Source of the DNA: an uncultured virus (IMG/VR IMGVR_UViG_3300042376_001667)
Lineage: Duplodnaviria; Heunggongvirae; Uroviricota; Caudoviricetes
Virus record (IMG/VR): IMGVR_UViG_3300042376_001667
Strand: one strand, 5' to 3'
DNA: 64,000 bases
How positions within the stretch are numbered: position 1 is the stretch's first letter; each line of letters opens with the position of its first letter. The position numbers and the translations under genes are program-made. Below the pieces are notes generated by a model. The model made no database searches. It was not told the origin of the DNA and saw nothing but the letters and a program-made list of their open reading frames with translations. Below, one piece after another: positions 30,180 to 40,903 of the stretch.

Positions 30180-30644
30180 ATGGTTAGTGAAAAAGTTGGC
30201 TTAGTTGGAAGAGTCAGTATTGTTATCAGAGATTCTGAGAATAATATAAAAGACTCTAGAGAAATTCATAATTTAGTTGTTAATAACGGTAAAGCATTCA
30301 TTGCCCAATCTATTTTAAAAACGACTACTAATACACCTGCAGCAATGACACATATCGGCGTCGGAACAGGCACAACAGCCGCTGCAATTGCTGACGCAGC
30401 GCTTATTACAGAAATTGGTACACGTGCTGCAGTTACTCCTACTAATGTAACTACAACTGTTACCAATGATTCTGCACAATATGTAGCAACATTTGCAGCA
30501 GGAAATGCTACGGGTGCAATTACCGAAGCAGGTATTTTCAATGCTTCTACAGCAGGCACAATGGCTTGTCGTACTGTCTTTAGCGTTGTAAATAAAGGTG
30601 CTAATGATAGCATGACAATAACATGGAAAATTACTGTAACGTAA
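30180..30644 (+). CDS. putative fibre/structural protein
   Basis: NLVVNNG...HIGVGTG...AITEAGIF...VNKG...ITWKIT pattern common in phage tail-associated proteins. Confidence 0.7.
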   Translation: MVSEKVGLVGRVSIVIRDSENNIKDSREIHNLVVNNGKAFIAQSILKTTTNTPAAMTHIGVGTGTTAAAIADAALITEIGTRAAVTPTNVTTTVTNDSAQYVATFAAGNATGAITEAGIFNASTAGTMACRTVFSVVNKGANDSMTITWKITVT

Positions 30645-30655
30645 TTTAGTTAATT

Positions 30656-33600
30656 ATGCCTAACTTAACTTATAGAGCATCATTAACACCTGCAATACCT
30701 GCATCAACTACTGTAAAAGGCACGGGCTTAACCAATTTAGAAATTGACGCTAATTTCAAAGCTCTTGATGATGAGGTCAGTAGCTCATTTCCAAGAGTTG
30801 GCGATGTGATGATTGGTAGCCTAATAGATTTTGCTACAATTCGTTTTGGTTCTAAATATCTTAGTAAAGCAGATGGAAAAGTTCCATGGTTTTCTGGTGG
30901 GGGGACTATAACTAGGCAACAGTATATAGGTACGTCAGTTGGGAGATACTGGAAAAGACTCTTCTTAGAGGCTAGTACTTCATCCCCTTTATTATACGCT
31001 TTTTCTTCAACTGGCAATATGTACATGACAAGTCCTAATGGTACAACTTGGACAACACGTACAGCACTTGATGGATATAATAATGTAGCTTTTAGTAAAC
31101 TATCAGGTGGAACTCAAAATTCTATTTTCATACTCCAATCTCCGAATTACGCAGGCTATTATACTTCTTTAAATGGAATAACGTGGTCATTTGGTGGAAA
31201 TTTCCCAAACACTAAATTTGTTGATAGTAGCTCTAATAATTTTAGTATTACTACTAATGGTAATCCTACTCAAGTTGCCTTAAATCCCTTTATACCTACA
31301 GGGTACTGGAGTGGGTATTTTGATGGGACGGGGGATTATCTTGCGGTTGCGGACAACGCCGCGTTTGATCTTGCCGCTAGTAATTTTAATGTTGAGACTT
31401 GGGTCAACTTTTCGGCCTTGCCAGCAGCAAGTGGCGCGGCGACTTTTGTAAGTCAATGGCCGCAATCTCCAGCAACTAATAGAGGCTGGTGGTTTTATCT
31501 GTTTAATAGCGCAGGAACATATCAACTTTATTTGACATATTCAACAAACGGAACGGCTCAAACAAACCTTGGCGTCAGTTTGCCGTCTGCACCGGCTATT
31601 GGAACTTGGAACCATGTTGCGTTTGTTAGGTCAGGAAACAATTTCCTGGTGTTTTGGAATGGAACGCAAGTTGGAACGACTCAAACATTAAGCGCCACCA
31701 TATTCAACAGCGCGGGCGAAGTGTGGATAGGGGCTCAAAATGAGTCCGCCGTCAGTTCTCCGCTAACGGGCTACCAGTCCAACACTCGCATCGTCAAAGG
31801 CACAGCCGTCTACACCGCGAACTTCACGCCTCCCACTTCCCCGCTGACGGCCATTGCGAACACCTCTCTGCTGTGCTTACAAGATAATCGCTTCAAAGAT
31901 AATAGTACGAATGCATTTACTATTACAAGGAATGGTGATGCTCGAGTAAGTGAAATTGCACCGTTTGCGCTAACATCACCTCTTAATGCATATGGGGGTA
32001 GTACATTTCTGAATGGCTCCTCCGACGAATTGTTAACACCAGACAGTGCTATTTTAGACTTAGGTTCTTCTGATTTTACATTAGAAGTTTTCAAATATCA
32101 ACTAAGTGGTGAATTTGGATTTATAAGTCAAGCAGGCTCTTTAATAATTTCATCTTTGGCTGGCAATATACTAATTAGAAACAATGCTACTAATATTTTA
32201 GCTGTTTCATATACGCCGTTAATGGGTCAATGGGAATATATTTCAATAATCCGTAGTGGTACGACTTTATCAATTTTTCAAAACAATACCAGAATAGGTA
32301 CCGTTACCACAAGTACTGTATTTGCTGCAGCAGGTTCTAAACAAATGCGGCTTGGTTTTAATAGCTTAGGTGGTACTTATTTTAACGGAAATTTTTCAAA
32401 CATTCGTCTTGTTAAAGGTTCTGCATTATCTGACCCAAATTTAACAACAATTACTGTGCCAACAGCACCTTTTACTGCTATAACAAATACTCAACTTTTA
32501 TTAAATACTAATAATACAACTAACTGGTCATTTGTTGATAAATATCTAAATGGCTTTATAACAATTGCTAATAACTCTAATACACTATATACTTCTGCAG
32601 ATGGAACAACTTGGACATCAAGCACTGTCTCGGCGACTAAGACATTCTTAGGTTCAGCTTATTCTACTCAAATTGACAATGCTAATGATCCGAGCATTCT
32701 TATGATGACATCTTCTACAGATACAAACGTAAGCGTGCGATCAGGGTCAACATGGACAGAACGTAGTTTACCCGCATCCGCTGGAGAATCTTTGACTAAA
32801 CCAATTTATTTTAAACGATTATTTTTTATATTTAGCAGCACCAGTAACTCTAATGCTTATTGGACTTCTTCTGACGGAACAACATGGACTAAAAGATTTT
32901 TACCTTTATCAACAGCCTTTAAATTTCCTGTTGTAAGCGGTGGAACCTTGTTTATAATGAGCCGAGTCCCTGGCTCTTACACTACATTCCTTTTAGGAAC
33001 AACGCCAGCTACAACAAATGCAATTTTTGCCTCTCAGGATGGCTTTAATTGGACAGGTACAATTAATGGTTTGACAAACACATTTTCTGGATATCTTAAT
33101 TGGATTTTAGAAACTGCAGATTCAGCAGTTATTCGTGGAAATATTGTTAATGTAAATAACTACCAAGGTGGCGTTTCTGAACCAGGCATATCTAATTATT
33201 ACCCAGTAGACTCTACAGTGTACTTTGACACAACAGTAGCAGCACCTTCGGGAGCCGATTATTGGGTGTCAAATGGTAGTATTGCAGTCGGTTTTATCGA
33301 TAGTGTAAACTATTATACAACAACTGATTTCAAAACATTTACTGCAAGAACAATATCAGGTTTTAGTAATATCCGAGCTTTAAGGTACTTTAGTAATGAA
33401 TTTATTGTTTTTGGGACCGGATCTTATGGAAAATCTTCCGATGGAATCAATTGGACAGTAATTACTGGAAATGCTGGATACACTACAATTTTTCAAAATA
33501 TTAATAACCCCAATGCAACTGGTTATCAAAATTTTATCAACAATATTTTTTATGCAAATGGTTTGTATATTTTTTGTACTACTCAATTATACTCAAGTCC

Positions 33601-34294
33601 AAGCAGACAAGGCTTATATACTTCTACAGATTTAATAACCTGGAACTCTTACACATTTCCTGTAAGCACTACAAACTGGCCATCAAGTGTCATTGAAATA
33701 AAGTACTTAAACGGGAATTATATAGTAAGTGTAGGCTATAATGGTGGAGGTGGTTATGGTTATATGTTGTATACGACTGACTTTATAACTTATAATTCTA
33801 CAGGTATTAGTTATAATTTTTATACTGCCGGTTCTTTAACTCCCAGAGCGTCTATATTCTTTTATGATAATAGTTACTACGCAATACTTAGTACTGATAA
33901 TTCCGAGACAGCAACCCAATACATTGCGAAATCTTCAACCATGGCTGACGGGACTTGGACTACTATTTCCACAGGATCCAACAGAAGAGCTCATATAATT
34001 AATTTTGATAATTCTAGCGGCACTGGCTATATTGTAAGTCATAGCGGTATTACTATATTACACACAATAAGCTCAGCTATTAGCGAAACTAATTCAGATA
34101 ATTCATATACACAGTTTGCTGATGGTATTTCAAGAGCTCCAATAAATGTTGGTATTTTTAATGGTAATATGGTTATATATGATTTAAATACAAGAACATT
34201 TGGCACAGTTCGCATATCAACATCGCTTCGTAGAAAACCATTACTATCTAACTTGTCTTCTGAAGTTGGCAGTTATTACGTTAGAGAGGTATAA
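30656..34294 (+). CDS. fibre/receptor-binding protein with ConA-like (LamG) domains and Asp-box repeats
   Basis: N-terminal KGxxLTNLEIDANF anchor; two LamG-like units (FDGTGDYL...FNVETW...WNHVAFVRSG); repeated SxDGxxW Asp-boxes. Confidence 0.85.
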   Translation: MPNLTYRASLTPAIPASTTVKGTGLTNLEIDANFKALDDEVSSSFPRVGDVMIGSLIDFATIRFGSKYLSKADGKVPWFSGGGTITRQQYIGTSVGRYWKRLFLEASTSSPLLYAFSSTGNMYMTSPNGTTWTTRTALDGYNNVAFSKLSGGTQNSIFILQSPNYAGYYTSLNGITWSFGGNFPNTKFVDSSSNNFSITTNGNPTQVALNPFIPTGYWSGYFDGTGDYLAVADNAAFDLAASNFNVETWVNFSALPAASGAATFVSQWPQSPATNRGWWFYLFNSAGTYQLYLTYSTNGTAQTNLGVSLPSAPAIGTWNHVAFVRSGNNFLVFWNGTQVGTTQTLSATIFNSAGEVWIGAQNESAVSSPLTGYQSNTRIVKGTAVYTANFTPPTSPLTAIANTSLLCLQDNRFKDNSTNAFTITRNGDARVSEIAPFALTSPLNAYGGSTFLNGSSDELLTPDSAILDLGSSDFTLEVFKYQLSGEFGFISQAGSLIISSLAGNILIRNNATNILAVSYTPLMGQWEYISIIRSGTTLSIFQNNTRIGTVTTSTVFAAAGSKQMRLGFNSLGGTYFNGNFSNIRLVKGSALSDPNLTTITVPTAPFTAITNTQLLLNTNNTTNWSFVDKYLNGFITIANNSNTLYTSADGTTWTSSTVSATKTFLGSAYSTQIDNANDPSILMMTSSTDTNVSVRSGSTWTERSLPASAGESLTKPIYFKRLFFIFSSTSNSNAYWTSSDGTTWTKRFLPLSTAFKFPVVSGGTLFIMSRVPGSYTTFLLGTTPATTNAIFASQDGFNWTGTINGLTNTFSGYLNWILETADSAVIRGNIVNVNNYQGGVSEPGISNYYPVDSTVYFDTTVAAPSGADYWVSNGSIAVGFIDSVNYYTTTDFKTFTARTISGFSNIRALRYFSNEFIVFGTGSYGKSSDGINWTVITGNAGYTTIFQNINNPNATGYQNFINNIFYANGLYIFCTTQLYSSPSRQGLYTSTDLITWNSYTFPVSTTNWPSSVIEIKYLNGNYIVSVGYNGGGGYGYMLYTTDFITYNSTGISYNFYTAGSLTPRASIFFYDNSYYAILSTDNSETATQYIAKSSTMADGTWTTISTGSNRRAHIINFDNSSGTGYIVSHSGITILHTISSAISETNSDNSYTQFADGISRAPINVGIFNGNMVIYDLNTRTFGTVRISTSLRRKPLLSNLSSEVGSYYVREV

Positions 34295-34642
34295 ATGTAC
34301 TATTTTGATAATTTTGGCTGGCATACTGAAACAGAAATTCCAGGAAGAGCCACGGAAGTTTCACCTCCTTCTGAAATTCCCTTAGGTCTCGCAGCCAATT
34401 GGACTGGTTATAACTGGATGCTACTGCAATATGAGCCTCCTCCAGTTGTAAATCCTTTAGAAGAGCAATGGAAATCTGTAAGAGCTCAAAGAAATCAGTT
34501 GCTAAAAGATACAGATTGGACTCAGCTAGCAGATATATCTGATCCAATGAAAACTATTAATGCGATTTATCGAGCTCAATTAAGAAGTATTCCTCAAGTT
34601 CAAACAGATCCTTATAACATTGTTTGGCCTGCCAAACCATGA
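34295..34642 (+). CDS. tail fibre assembly chaperone
   Basis: WKSVRAQRNQLLKDTDWTQLAD...YRAQLRSIP...WPAKP directly after the fibre gene. Confidence 0.85.
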   Translation: MYYFDNFGWHTETEIPGRATEVSPPSEIPLGLAANWTGYNWMLLQYEPPPVVNPLEEQWKSVRAQRNQLLKDTDWTQLADISDPMKTINAIYRAQLRSIPQVQTDPYNIVWPAKP

Positions 34643-34908
34643 ATACTAAACCTGCAGAGCATGTTTTTAAACTATTCTTAAAAACTTTTAAATACAAAGC
34701 TATAACAATGCCTTGGAAAACAGTTTATGTACTAAAAGATGAGCTCAATAATAAAGGCCTTTTAGCACATGAGCAAATCCATATAAATCAAATTGAAAGA
34801 CTTGGCAGTTTAAAGTTCATATCTTTATATCTGTGGTATAATCTGAAATACGGTTACTATAATAATCCACTAGAAATAGAAGCTAGAACTTTGTCGGGAT
34901 ACAGTTAA
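34639..34908 (+). CDS. small HExxH protein
   Basis: LLAHEQIH...GYYNNPLEIEA. Confidence 0.6.
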   Translation: MNTKPAEHVFKLFLKTFKYKAITMPWKTVYVLKDELNNKGLLAHEQIHINQIERLGSLKFISLYLWYNLKYGYYNNPLEIEARTLSGYS

Positions 34909-34919
34909 ACGAGGTTTGA

Positions 34920-35231
34920 ATGAGCGATGACATTTCATTGTTAAATCATAAATTCGACGTAATGAGCGAAACTGTGACAGATATGAAAACATCTCTTAAA
35001 GAGCTTACTTCAGCAATTACGAAATTGACATTAATTGAAGAACGTCAATTAAACGCTGCAGCGTCTCTTGAAAGAGCATTTAAGACAATAGAAAGTATAG
35101 ATAAGCGTGTCGGGCAACTAGAACAACATGTTCCTGCCAACAAACGCGTATCAGTATGGCTAGATAGAGCGACATGGGCAGGGATGGGCTTACTGTGCAT
35201 GCTAGTTATAAAAAAGTCAGGTTTACTTTAA
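34920..35231 (+). CDS. coiled-coil protein with C-terminal TM segment (possible lysis accessory)
   Basis: GAGG RBS; coiled coil followed by hydrophobic WAGMGLLCMLVI. Confidence 0.55.
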   Translation: MSDDISLLNHKFDVMSETVTDMKTSLKELTSAITKLTLIEERQLNAAASLERAFKTIESIDKRVGQLEQHVPANKRVSVWLDRATWAGMGLLCMLVIKKSGLL

Positions 35232-35240
35232 GGAATTAAA

Positions 35241-35624
35241 ATGGCAAAATGGGTAACTTCCGGTGTTCTCGATAATGGCTTAAACCATATCAGAAACAAC
35301 TCAACTAGAATGCTGCTAATCAAAGCTTATGCAGCAGGTGATAGCTACGCTACTGTCGTTGGCAATCAACTTGCAGAGGCTACAATGGTCTCTGGTGACT
35401 TTACATTGTCATCTAGCGGTTTAAATAGAGTTGTCACTACAGCATCTGGAAAAACAGCTACTGTAACAGCAAACTCTGGTGCCTCTCCTAATTTGCATAT
35501 TGCATTTACGGATGGCTCTGCAAACGTTATTTGGGTTACTGACGAGACAACCGACCAAGTCATTACTAGCGGTAACGTTGTTAATTTCCCGTCTTTGACT
35601 TACACCAGCAACCAGCCGACTTAA
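35241..35624 (+). CDS. putative structural protein
   Basis: AAGGA RBS; beta-rich T/S/G composition. Confidence 0.65.
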   Translation: MAKWVTSGVLDNGLNHIRNNSTRMLLIKAYAAGDSYATVVGNQLAEATMVSGDFTLSSSGLNRVVTTASGKTATVTANSGASPNLHIAFTDGSANVIWVTDETTDQVITSGNVVNFPSLTYTSNQPT

Positions 35625-35639
35625 TAGCTGGAGGTACTT

Positions 35640-36110
35640 ATGCCTGATAATTTAGGTTATACCCCAGGTAGTGGTGCGATAGTTGCCACTAAAGAAGTCG
35701 ATGGTGTTCATCACCAAAAGGCGTTGATGGAGCATGGAGGTGATGATGGCCTTACTCCTACGCCTGTATCTGATGTTTCGCCGATGCCTGTTATGGCAAG
35801 TCGCAGCGATGACTTGCTAGTAATATTAAGTCGAATTGTAAAGTTATTAGAAAGCAATGCAACTGTTGATTCAGCAAATCGTCAGCGTATTGCTGTTGAC
35901 GCCCTCGTGGCACCGCTAAACGTTGTAGGTAATGGTACAGCTGCAACTGTGCTGAGAGTTACTTTAGCTAACGATAGCAATGGTACTCTAGCATCAGTTT
36001 CATCTGTGACCAACTTGGTGGCCAACGCTGGTATGGACCGCGAACAATATATCAATATTGCAAGACAGACGTACAATCAAGGCGTCCGCTCTGCTTTAAC
36101 TTTCCAATGA
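35640..36110 (+). CDS. putative structural protein
   Basis: GGAGG RBS; within fibre block. Confidence 0.6.
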   Translation: MPDNLGYTPGSGAIVATKEVDGVHHQKALMEHGGDDGLTPTPVSDVSPMPVMASRSDDLLVILSRIVKLLESNATVDSANRQRIAVDALVAPLNVVGNGTAATVLRVTLANDSNGTLASVSSVTNLVANAGMDREQYINIARQTYNQGVRSALTFQ

Positions 36111-36118
36111 GGTAATGG

Positions 36119-38761
36119 ATGCCCGCTTTAACAAAAAATACACTCTCAACGCAGGTTGATTTACCTTCATGGGAGTGGACTCGTTTTGCACCGGCTGTAT
36201 CTTCTGCATTGTCTTCCACTTGTGCACCTGATAACATGGGTTTCGTACAAACTGAACATGGTCGATATATTTATTATTTGATTTCTGCAACTCAATTTGT
36301 TAGGTATGATACCTGGACAGACATGTTCCAGGGTTTAAGTGCTCCACCTGTGACTACTTTTAACGTAAGCACAATGAAGTTTGCTGGTGCTTCTGGTCCT
36401 GAAGGTAAGACCATTTCTGCTACTTCAACTACGATTACAGTACCGGCAATTTCGATGTCTTCTATGTTAGGCTACGATATTGTTATTGTCAGTGGTACAG
36501 GTGCAGGACAACGTAGAAAGATTGTGGCTGTTGCAGAACCTACAATCCATGACAGTGGTGTGGTTACAGCAGTTGCCAACGCAGCTGGTGGTATCACGAT
36601 GACTGATACTCTGAAAACTTGGGGCGGTAATCAGTGGGCTGGTTATACTGTGCGTATTTCTGGCAACAGTGGTGTTGGACAATATCGTCGCATCTTGAGC
36701 AATACTGCAACTGTGTTGACTATCGCCGATACTGCCCAAATGAACATGCGGTTGAATAACCCTGCAATCTTTGCTCCAGCAATTGCAAGTACGGCTGGTA
36801 GTCAGTCTGCATATGTTATTGAATCACAAGCTTTAACAGTAAACTCGCCTTGGACTGTAACTCCTGATACTACTTCAGTGTTCCGTATTCAATCTGGCCA
36901 GATTGTGTTGGTGTCACCTAACGCAGCAACTGCAACTGCCCCTTTCGTGTTGACCCAGTTGTATGATATTTTGACTGATACTTGGTATATATTACCTACA
37001 ATGACCAACACCCTGTTGGCTGCTGCCACCGACTTGGCACTAGAGCGTATGTCAGAAAACGCTTCTCTTTGGAAGCGTGGTGCAGCAACAGGCGGTACAA
37101 CTACTACGCTCATTGATGCTACACAAGGTGTAAACCATGCAGCTTGGAGTGTTAACGAGTGGGCTGGTTACTGGGTATACATTGAATCTGGAACAGGTGT
37201 TGGTCAGATCCGTCAAATTTTGAGCAACACTGCTACCACCCTGACTTGGGCAACTGCCGGCACAGCTCCTGACTCCACATCTCAATACTTGATTTTGGGC
37301 TTTGATGCAGGCACTGCAACAGGTGCTACTTCTACAACCTTAACGGATAGCACCGAAACTTGGCCTGTAAACCGTTGGGCAAATTACGCTGTGCGTATTT
37401 TAGCTGGTACTGGTGCGGGTCAAGTGGTTCCTATTGCAAGCAACACTGCTACAGCTTTGACAATTGTTGGTAACTGGGAAGTAACTCCTGACACTACGTC
37501 TGTGTATGCCATTCAAGGTGACCCAGACAAGTTTTACCTGTTTGCCGGTGGTATTGCTGGTACACCAATCTTAAATTTTGGCTCTCAAGTTCAAACTTTT
37601 GGTCGTCAACAAGATTGGGGTATTGCCCGTAATGCTGCAGCAACAGTGGCTGGTTATCAACCAGTCGCAATTGCTTCACTTGCTAATGCAACAACCACGG
37701 CAACGGTTACAACTGCACATCCTCATCAATTCAAAGTTGGTGAGTTAGTTAGTGTTCGTGGTGCAACAGATGCAAACTTTAACGTAACCAACGTTGCAAT
37801 TGCTACTGTACCTTCAGCGACTACATTTACTTATACAATGGCAGGAACTCCTGCTGCGACTACGATTCCTGGTGCTCAGTCTACTACAACACTCACAGAC
37901 GGTTCTAAGAGCTGGACAGTTAACCAGTGGGCAGGTTTTACTTGTCACATGTACGCAGCAACTCCAACCGCTGCGTCTGGTTCAACCACAGGTCAAGTAT
38001 TGCGAATTGTAAGTAACACTGCCACAACCTTAACATTTGCTGTAGCTGGTACTGCGCCTACGAACGGTATTAGTCGATACTCTATCTGCACTAGTTCAGC
38101 AATTGGAGCAACTGACTCTGGTGTTGCAACTGGTACGCACAGCACAACAACACTTCAGGATACCAGCAAAACTTGGCCTGTAAACATTCATGCCGGTAAG
38201 AGAGCTCGTATCTTGGCAGGTCCTGGTGGTCCAGCTGAGGCTATTATTAGTAGCAATACAGCTAATACGTTGACATTCTCAGCTGCGTTAGGTGCTGCAC
38301 CTGTTAGTGCTCAAACAGGCTATGCAATCATTGAACCTACTGCAAGAGGTCTTGGTACTACAGTGTGTTGGGCGTTTGGTACTAGTGTTCCAGCCCTTCG
38401 TGGACGTTACATGTACATTACTCGTGGTGGTGGTACTACTGGTTTTGACCGTTGGGATATTACCACAGATCGTGTCAGCTTGATGACTACTTCGCCACTT
38501 ACAGAAACTCTGACTACTGGTACTATGGCAGCGTATGATGGCAGAGATCGTATCTACTTCCACAAAGATGCCACACAACGTGTTTATAGCCTAAACGTAG
38601 TAACTGCAAACGTTAACGGTGCTTCAATGTATCCATATGTTGCTCCTACAGCAATTATCGGTAACCGTATGGAAATTATTACAACAAAAGACGGCTTGAA
38701 ATACATTTGGCTCAACAGAGCATCTTTTGCAGAGTGCTTCCGTTGCTTGGCTTTCTGGTAA
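36119..38761 (+). CDS. repetitive beta-rich fibre/spike protein
   Basis: About six repeats of T(L/M)xD..W..N.(W/H)AG...GTG.GQ...I.SNT.T.LT; Thr/Ala/Gly-rich. Confidence 0.75.
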   Translation: MPALTKNTLSTQVDLPSWEWTRFAPAVSSALSSTCAPDNMGFVQTEHGRYIYYLISATQFVRYDTWTDMFQGLSAPPVTTFNVSTMKFAGASGPEGKTISATSTTITVPAISMSSMLGYDIVIVSGTGAGQRRKIVAVAEPTIHDSGVVTAVANAAGGITMTDTLKTWGGNQWAGYTVRISGNSGVGQYRRILSNTATVLTIADTAQMNMRLNNPAIFAPAIASTAGSQSAYVIESQALTVNSPWTVTPDTTSVFRIQSGQIVLVSPNAATATAPFVLTQLYDILTDTWYILPTMTNTLLAAATDLALERMSENASLWKRGAATGGTTTTLIDATQGVNHAAWSVNEWAGYWVYIESGTGVGQIRQILSNTATTLTWATAGTAPDSTSQYLILGFDAGTATGATSTTLTDSTETWPVNRWANYAVRILAGTGAGQVVPIASNTATALTIVGNWEVTPDTTSVYAIQGDPDKFYLFAGGIAGTPILNFGSQVQTFGRQQDWGIARNAAATVAGYQPVAIASLANATTTATVTTAHPHQFKVGELVSVRGATDANFNVTNVAIATVPSATTFTYTMAGTPAATTIPGAQSTTTLTDGSKSWTVNQWAGFTCHMYAATPTAASGSTTGQVLRIVSNTATTLTFAVAGTAPTNGISRYSICTSSAIGATDSGVATGTHSTTTLQDTSKTWPVNIHAGKRARILAGPGGPAEAIISSNTANTLTFSAALGAAPVSAQTGYAIIEPTARGLGTTVCWAFGTSVPALRGRYMYITRGGGTTGFDRWDITTDRVSLMTTSPLTETLTTGTMAAYDGRDRIYFHKDATQRVYSLNVVTANVNGASMYPYVAPTAIIGNRMEIITTKDGLKYIWLNRASFAECFRCLAFW

Positions 38762-38771
38762 AGGAGGTCTT

Positions 38772-38939
38772 ATGTTATTACAAGATATTGTACAAATTCT
38801 TAATAACAAAATAGAATCGCTAAAAGCTAAAAAGACCATTGCTGTTAATTCCGGAGAATTGGAACAAGTTTACCAGTTAGATCTTCAAATTTCCGAAACG
38901 TTAGCAACATTGAATCAGCTAAAGACGCTATTGGTATAA
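38772..38939 (+). CDS. small hypothetical protein
   Basis: AAGGAGG RBS before ATG 38772. Confidence 0.65.
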   Translation: MLLQDIVQILNNKIESLKAKKTIAVNSGELEQVYQLDLQISETLATLNQLKTLLV

Positions 38940-38942
38940 TCT

Positions 38943-40535
38943 ATGTTATTAACCCTGCTCCAATCTAGTGGCACTGCAAGCTATAATCTTGTTGGAGCAA
39001 ATTCTAACCAAGATAATAGTGCCCCGTCTTTAGCAGTAGTTCAAATACACAATTTAGTAGGCGATTCTTCGATACAGTCTAACAATTTATCGTCAGGAAG
39101 CTTGTCAGGTGCCGTTGAGCTAACAGGTTCTTCAAGTCTTCAGATAAATATTAGCCAGTCTGGTGCTGTAACTCAAACACATGCGTTAGTTGCCGATTCT
39201 TTAGTACAGACTAACAGCTCAGCATTAGGTAACATTTCTGGCACTGTAAATTTAATTGGGTCTACAAGTTCTCAAGCAAACAGTGCTAGTTCTGATGTTA
39301 TAACTCAAACGTATACATTAATAGCTGACTCTTTAATACAGACTAACAATTTATCGTCAGGAAGTCTTTCTGGTGCTATAAGTTTAATAGGTGCCTCAAG
39401 CTCTCAAGCAAATAGTTCTGCCTCTGCTGCTGTAAGCCAAACACATAATTTGCAAGGAATAATTTCTACACAAGGGCAATTATCAGTTTCAACAGCTGTT
39501 GTACAGCAACACAATATACAAACAGCTACTTCACTGCAATCTAATTTATCTTCTACAGGTTCTGTAACAGGTACCGTAAACTTGACTGCAAGCCCGGACA
39601 TTCAATCTAATCAATCAGCTGCTGGTGAATTGGGTGGAAATATACAACTGGTAGGTTCGCCACTTAATCAATCAGCAGTTTCTTCAGCTAATGCGATAGT
39701 TCAAAGATTCGACTTACTAGGCAGCAATGCTACTCAAGATGCAGTCTCAAGCCTTGACGCAATTGTCCAGAGATACAACCTTGCAGAGAGTTTTGTTACT
39801 CAAACTAGCAGCTCTAGCACGGGTAACATAAGTCTCATCAGACAATTAGAAGGCACTGATACTGTACAATCAAACAGCAGTTCTTCAAACTCTGTTCAAG
39901 TTATCTATCAAGTTGTTGGTTCTAATGCTGTCCAAAACAATGCAAGCAGTATCAATTCAATTCAGTATATTGTCAATTTACAAGCTTCATCTGTGAGTTC
40001 GATAAATGTATCTGCTGAAGGTAATGTTGTACAAGCCTTGAATTTGCAAAGTGCCGCTACAAACACATGTCTCAACGAAAGTCTTTCTAGTGGCATTTCT
40101 CAAATACATAATATTTTGGCTGCTACTTCTTCACAAACAGCTCAAAGTATTATAAGCTTTATTCTTGTTGATTTGTCAACAACACAAGTAAATAATTTAT
40201 TGAGCTTTGTAGATAACAACCTGAGATTTAACCCGACTGTTGAAAATCTTGCGTCAGGGCTCTCTAACATCCTTAACAGCGAACAGTTGTCTAGGCTCTT
40301 AAATATTCTTGGCATGCCCGGTTCAAATCTTGCTGAGGATATCGTAGATGAACTCTTAAGTAGACTTACACAACAACCACTTGTAGTGGACTTGTTAAGT
40401 GCTACTAAGACAGACGTTGCACAAGCTGTTAGAAATAATCTAATGTCAACAACAATACCTGTCAATGTTAAGCAAGTAAATGATGCTTACATTAAAGGTA
40501 CAGGCCAACCTGGCAATGAATGGGGGCCACTATGA
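38943..40535 (+). CDS. Ser/Gln-rich repetitive structural protein
   Basis: About 24-aa repeats (LxGxxSxQxNxSxSxxVxQxH); acidic, almost no Lys. Confidence 0.65.
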   Translation: MLLTLLQSSGTASYNLVGANSNQDNSAPSLAVVQIHNLVGDSSIQSNNLSSGSLSGAVELTGSSSLQINISQSGAVTQTHALVADSLVQTNSSALGNISGTVNLIGSTSSQANSASSDVITQTYTLIADSLIQTNNLSSGSLSGAISLIGASSSQANSSASAAVSQTHNLQGIISTQGQLSVSTAVVQQHNIQTATSLQSNLSSTGSVTGTVNLTASPDIQSNQSAAGELGGNIQLVGSPLNQSAVSSANAIVQRFDLLGSNATQDAVSSLDAIVQRYNLAESFVTQTSSSSTGNISLIRQLEGTDTVQSNSSSSNSVQVIYQVVGSNAVQNNASSINSIQYIVNLQASSVSSINVSAEGNVVQALNLQSAATNTCLNESLSSGISQIHNILAATSSQTAQSIISFILVDLSTTQVNNLLSFVDNNLRFNPTVENLASGLSNILNSEQLSRLLNILGMPGSNLAEDIVDELLSRLTQQPLVVDLLSATKTDVAQAVRNNLMSTTIPVNVKQVNDAYIKGTGQPGNEWGPL

Positions 40536-40672
40536 TGAATGGTTGGGGTAAATCCTGGAGCTATTCATGGGGAACATCTTGGGGACACTTTGTAGTAGCT
40601 GCTGTGCGGACTATTACAAAGATGCCCTCAAGGTATCTCACTTTTCCACGTTTTAAATTAGGTAGAAGATAA
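40532..40672 (+). CDS. small hypothetical protein with SWG repeats (46 aa)
   Basis: Coupled to both neighbours (ATGA and TAATG); MMNGWGKSWSYSWGTSWG. Confidence 0.55.
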   Translation: MMNGWGKSWSYSWGTSWGHFVVAAVRTITKMPSRYLTFPRFKLGRR

Positions 40673-40899
40673 TGTCAGTCGAAATGAATACTCCCTCTCC
40701 CACGCTGGGTCTCACTATCGAGGACACAGCTAACGTTATGCAGGCAGCACCAGAAACTGTTCGAAAGACTAAGGTGGTTCCAAGCGACTGGAATATTACT
40801 CCAGTAGAAGGTTCTGATGATATCTTAGCTGTCAATACAAACACGCGTGAGACTTTTACAGGTTCTGTCGAAGAGTTTAATAAATTCTTGAGAGGTTAA
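40672..40899 (+). CDS. hypothetical protein
   Basis: 75-aa ORF directly upstream of portal. Confidence 0.65.
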   Translation: MSVEMNTPSPTLGLTIEDTANVMQAAPETVRKTKVVPSDWNITPVEGSDDILAVNTNTRETFTGSVEEFNKFLRG

Positions 40900-40903
40900 T
40901 CTT

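Noticed and set aside
24521..35231. Complete lysis cassette
   Set aside because: Holin-like and TM proteins are present but no endolysin motif was recognised in the window
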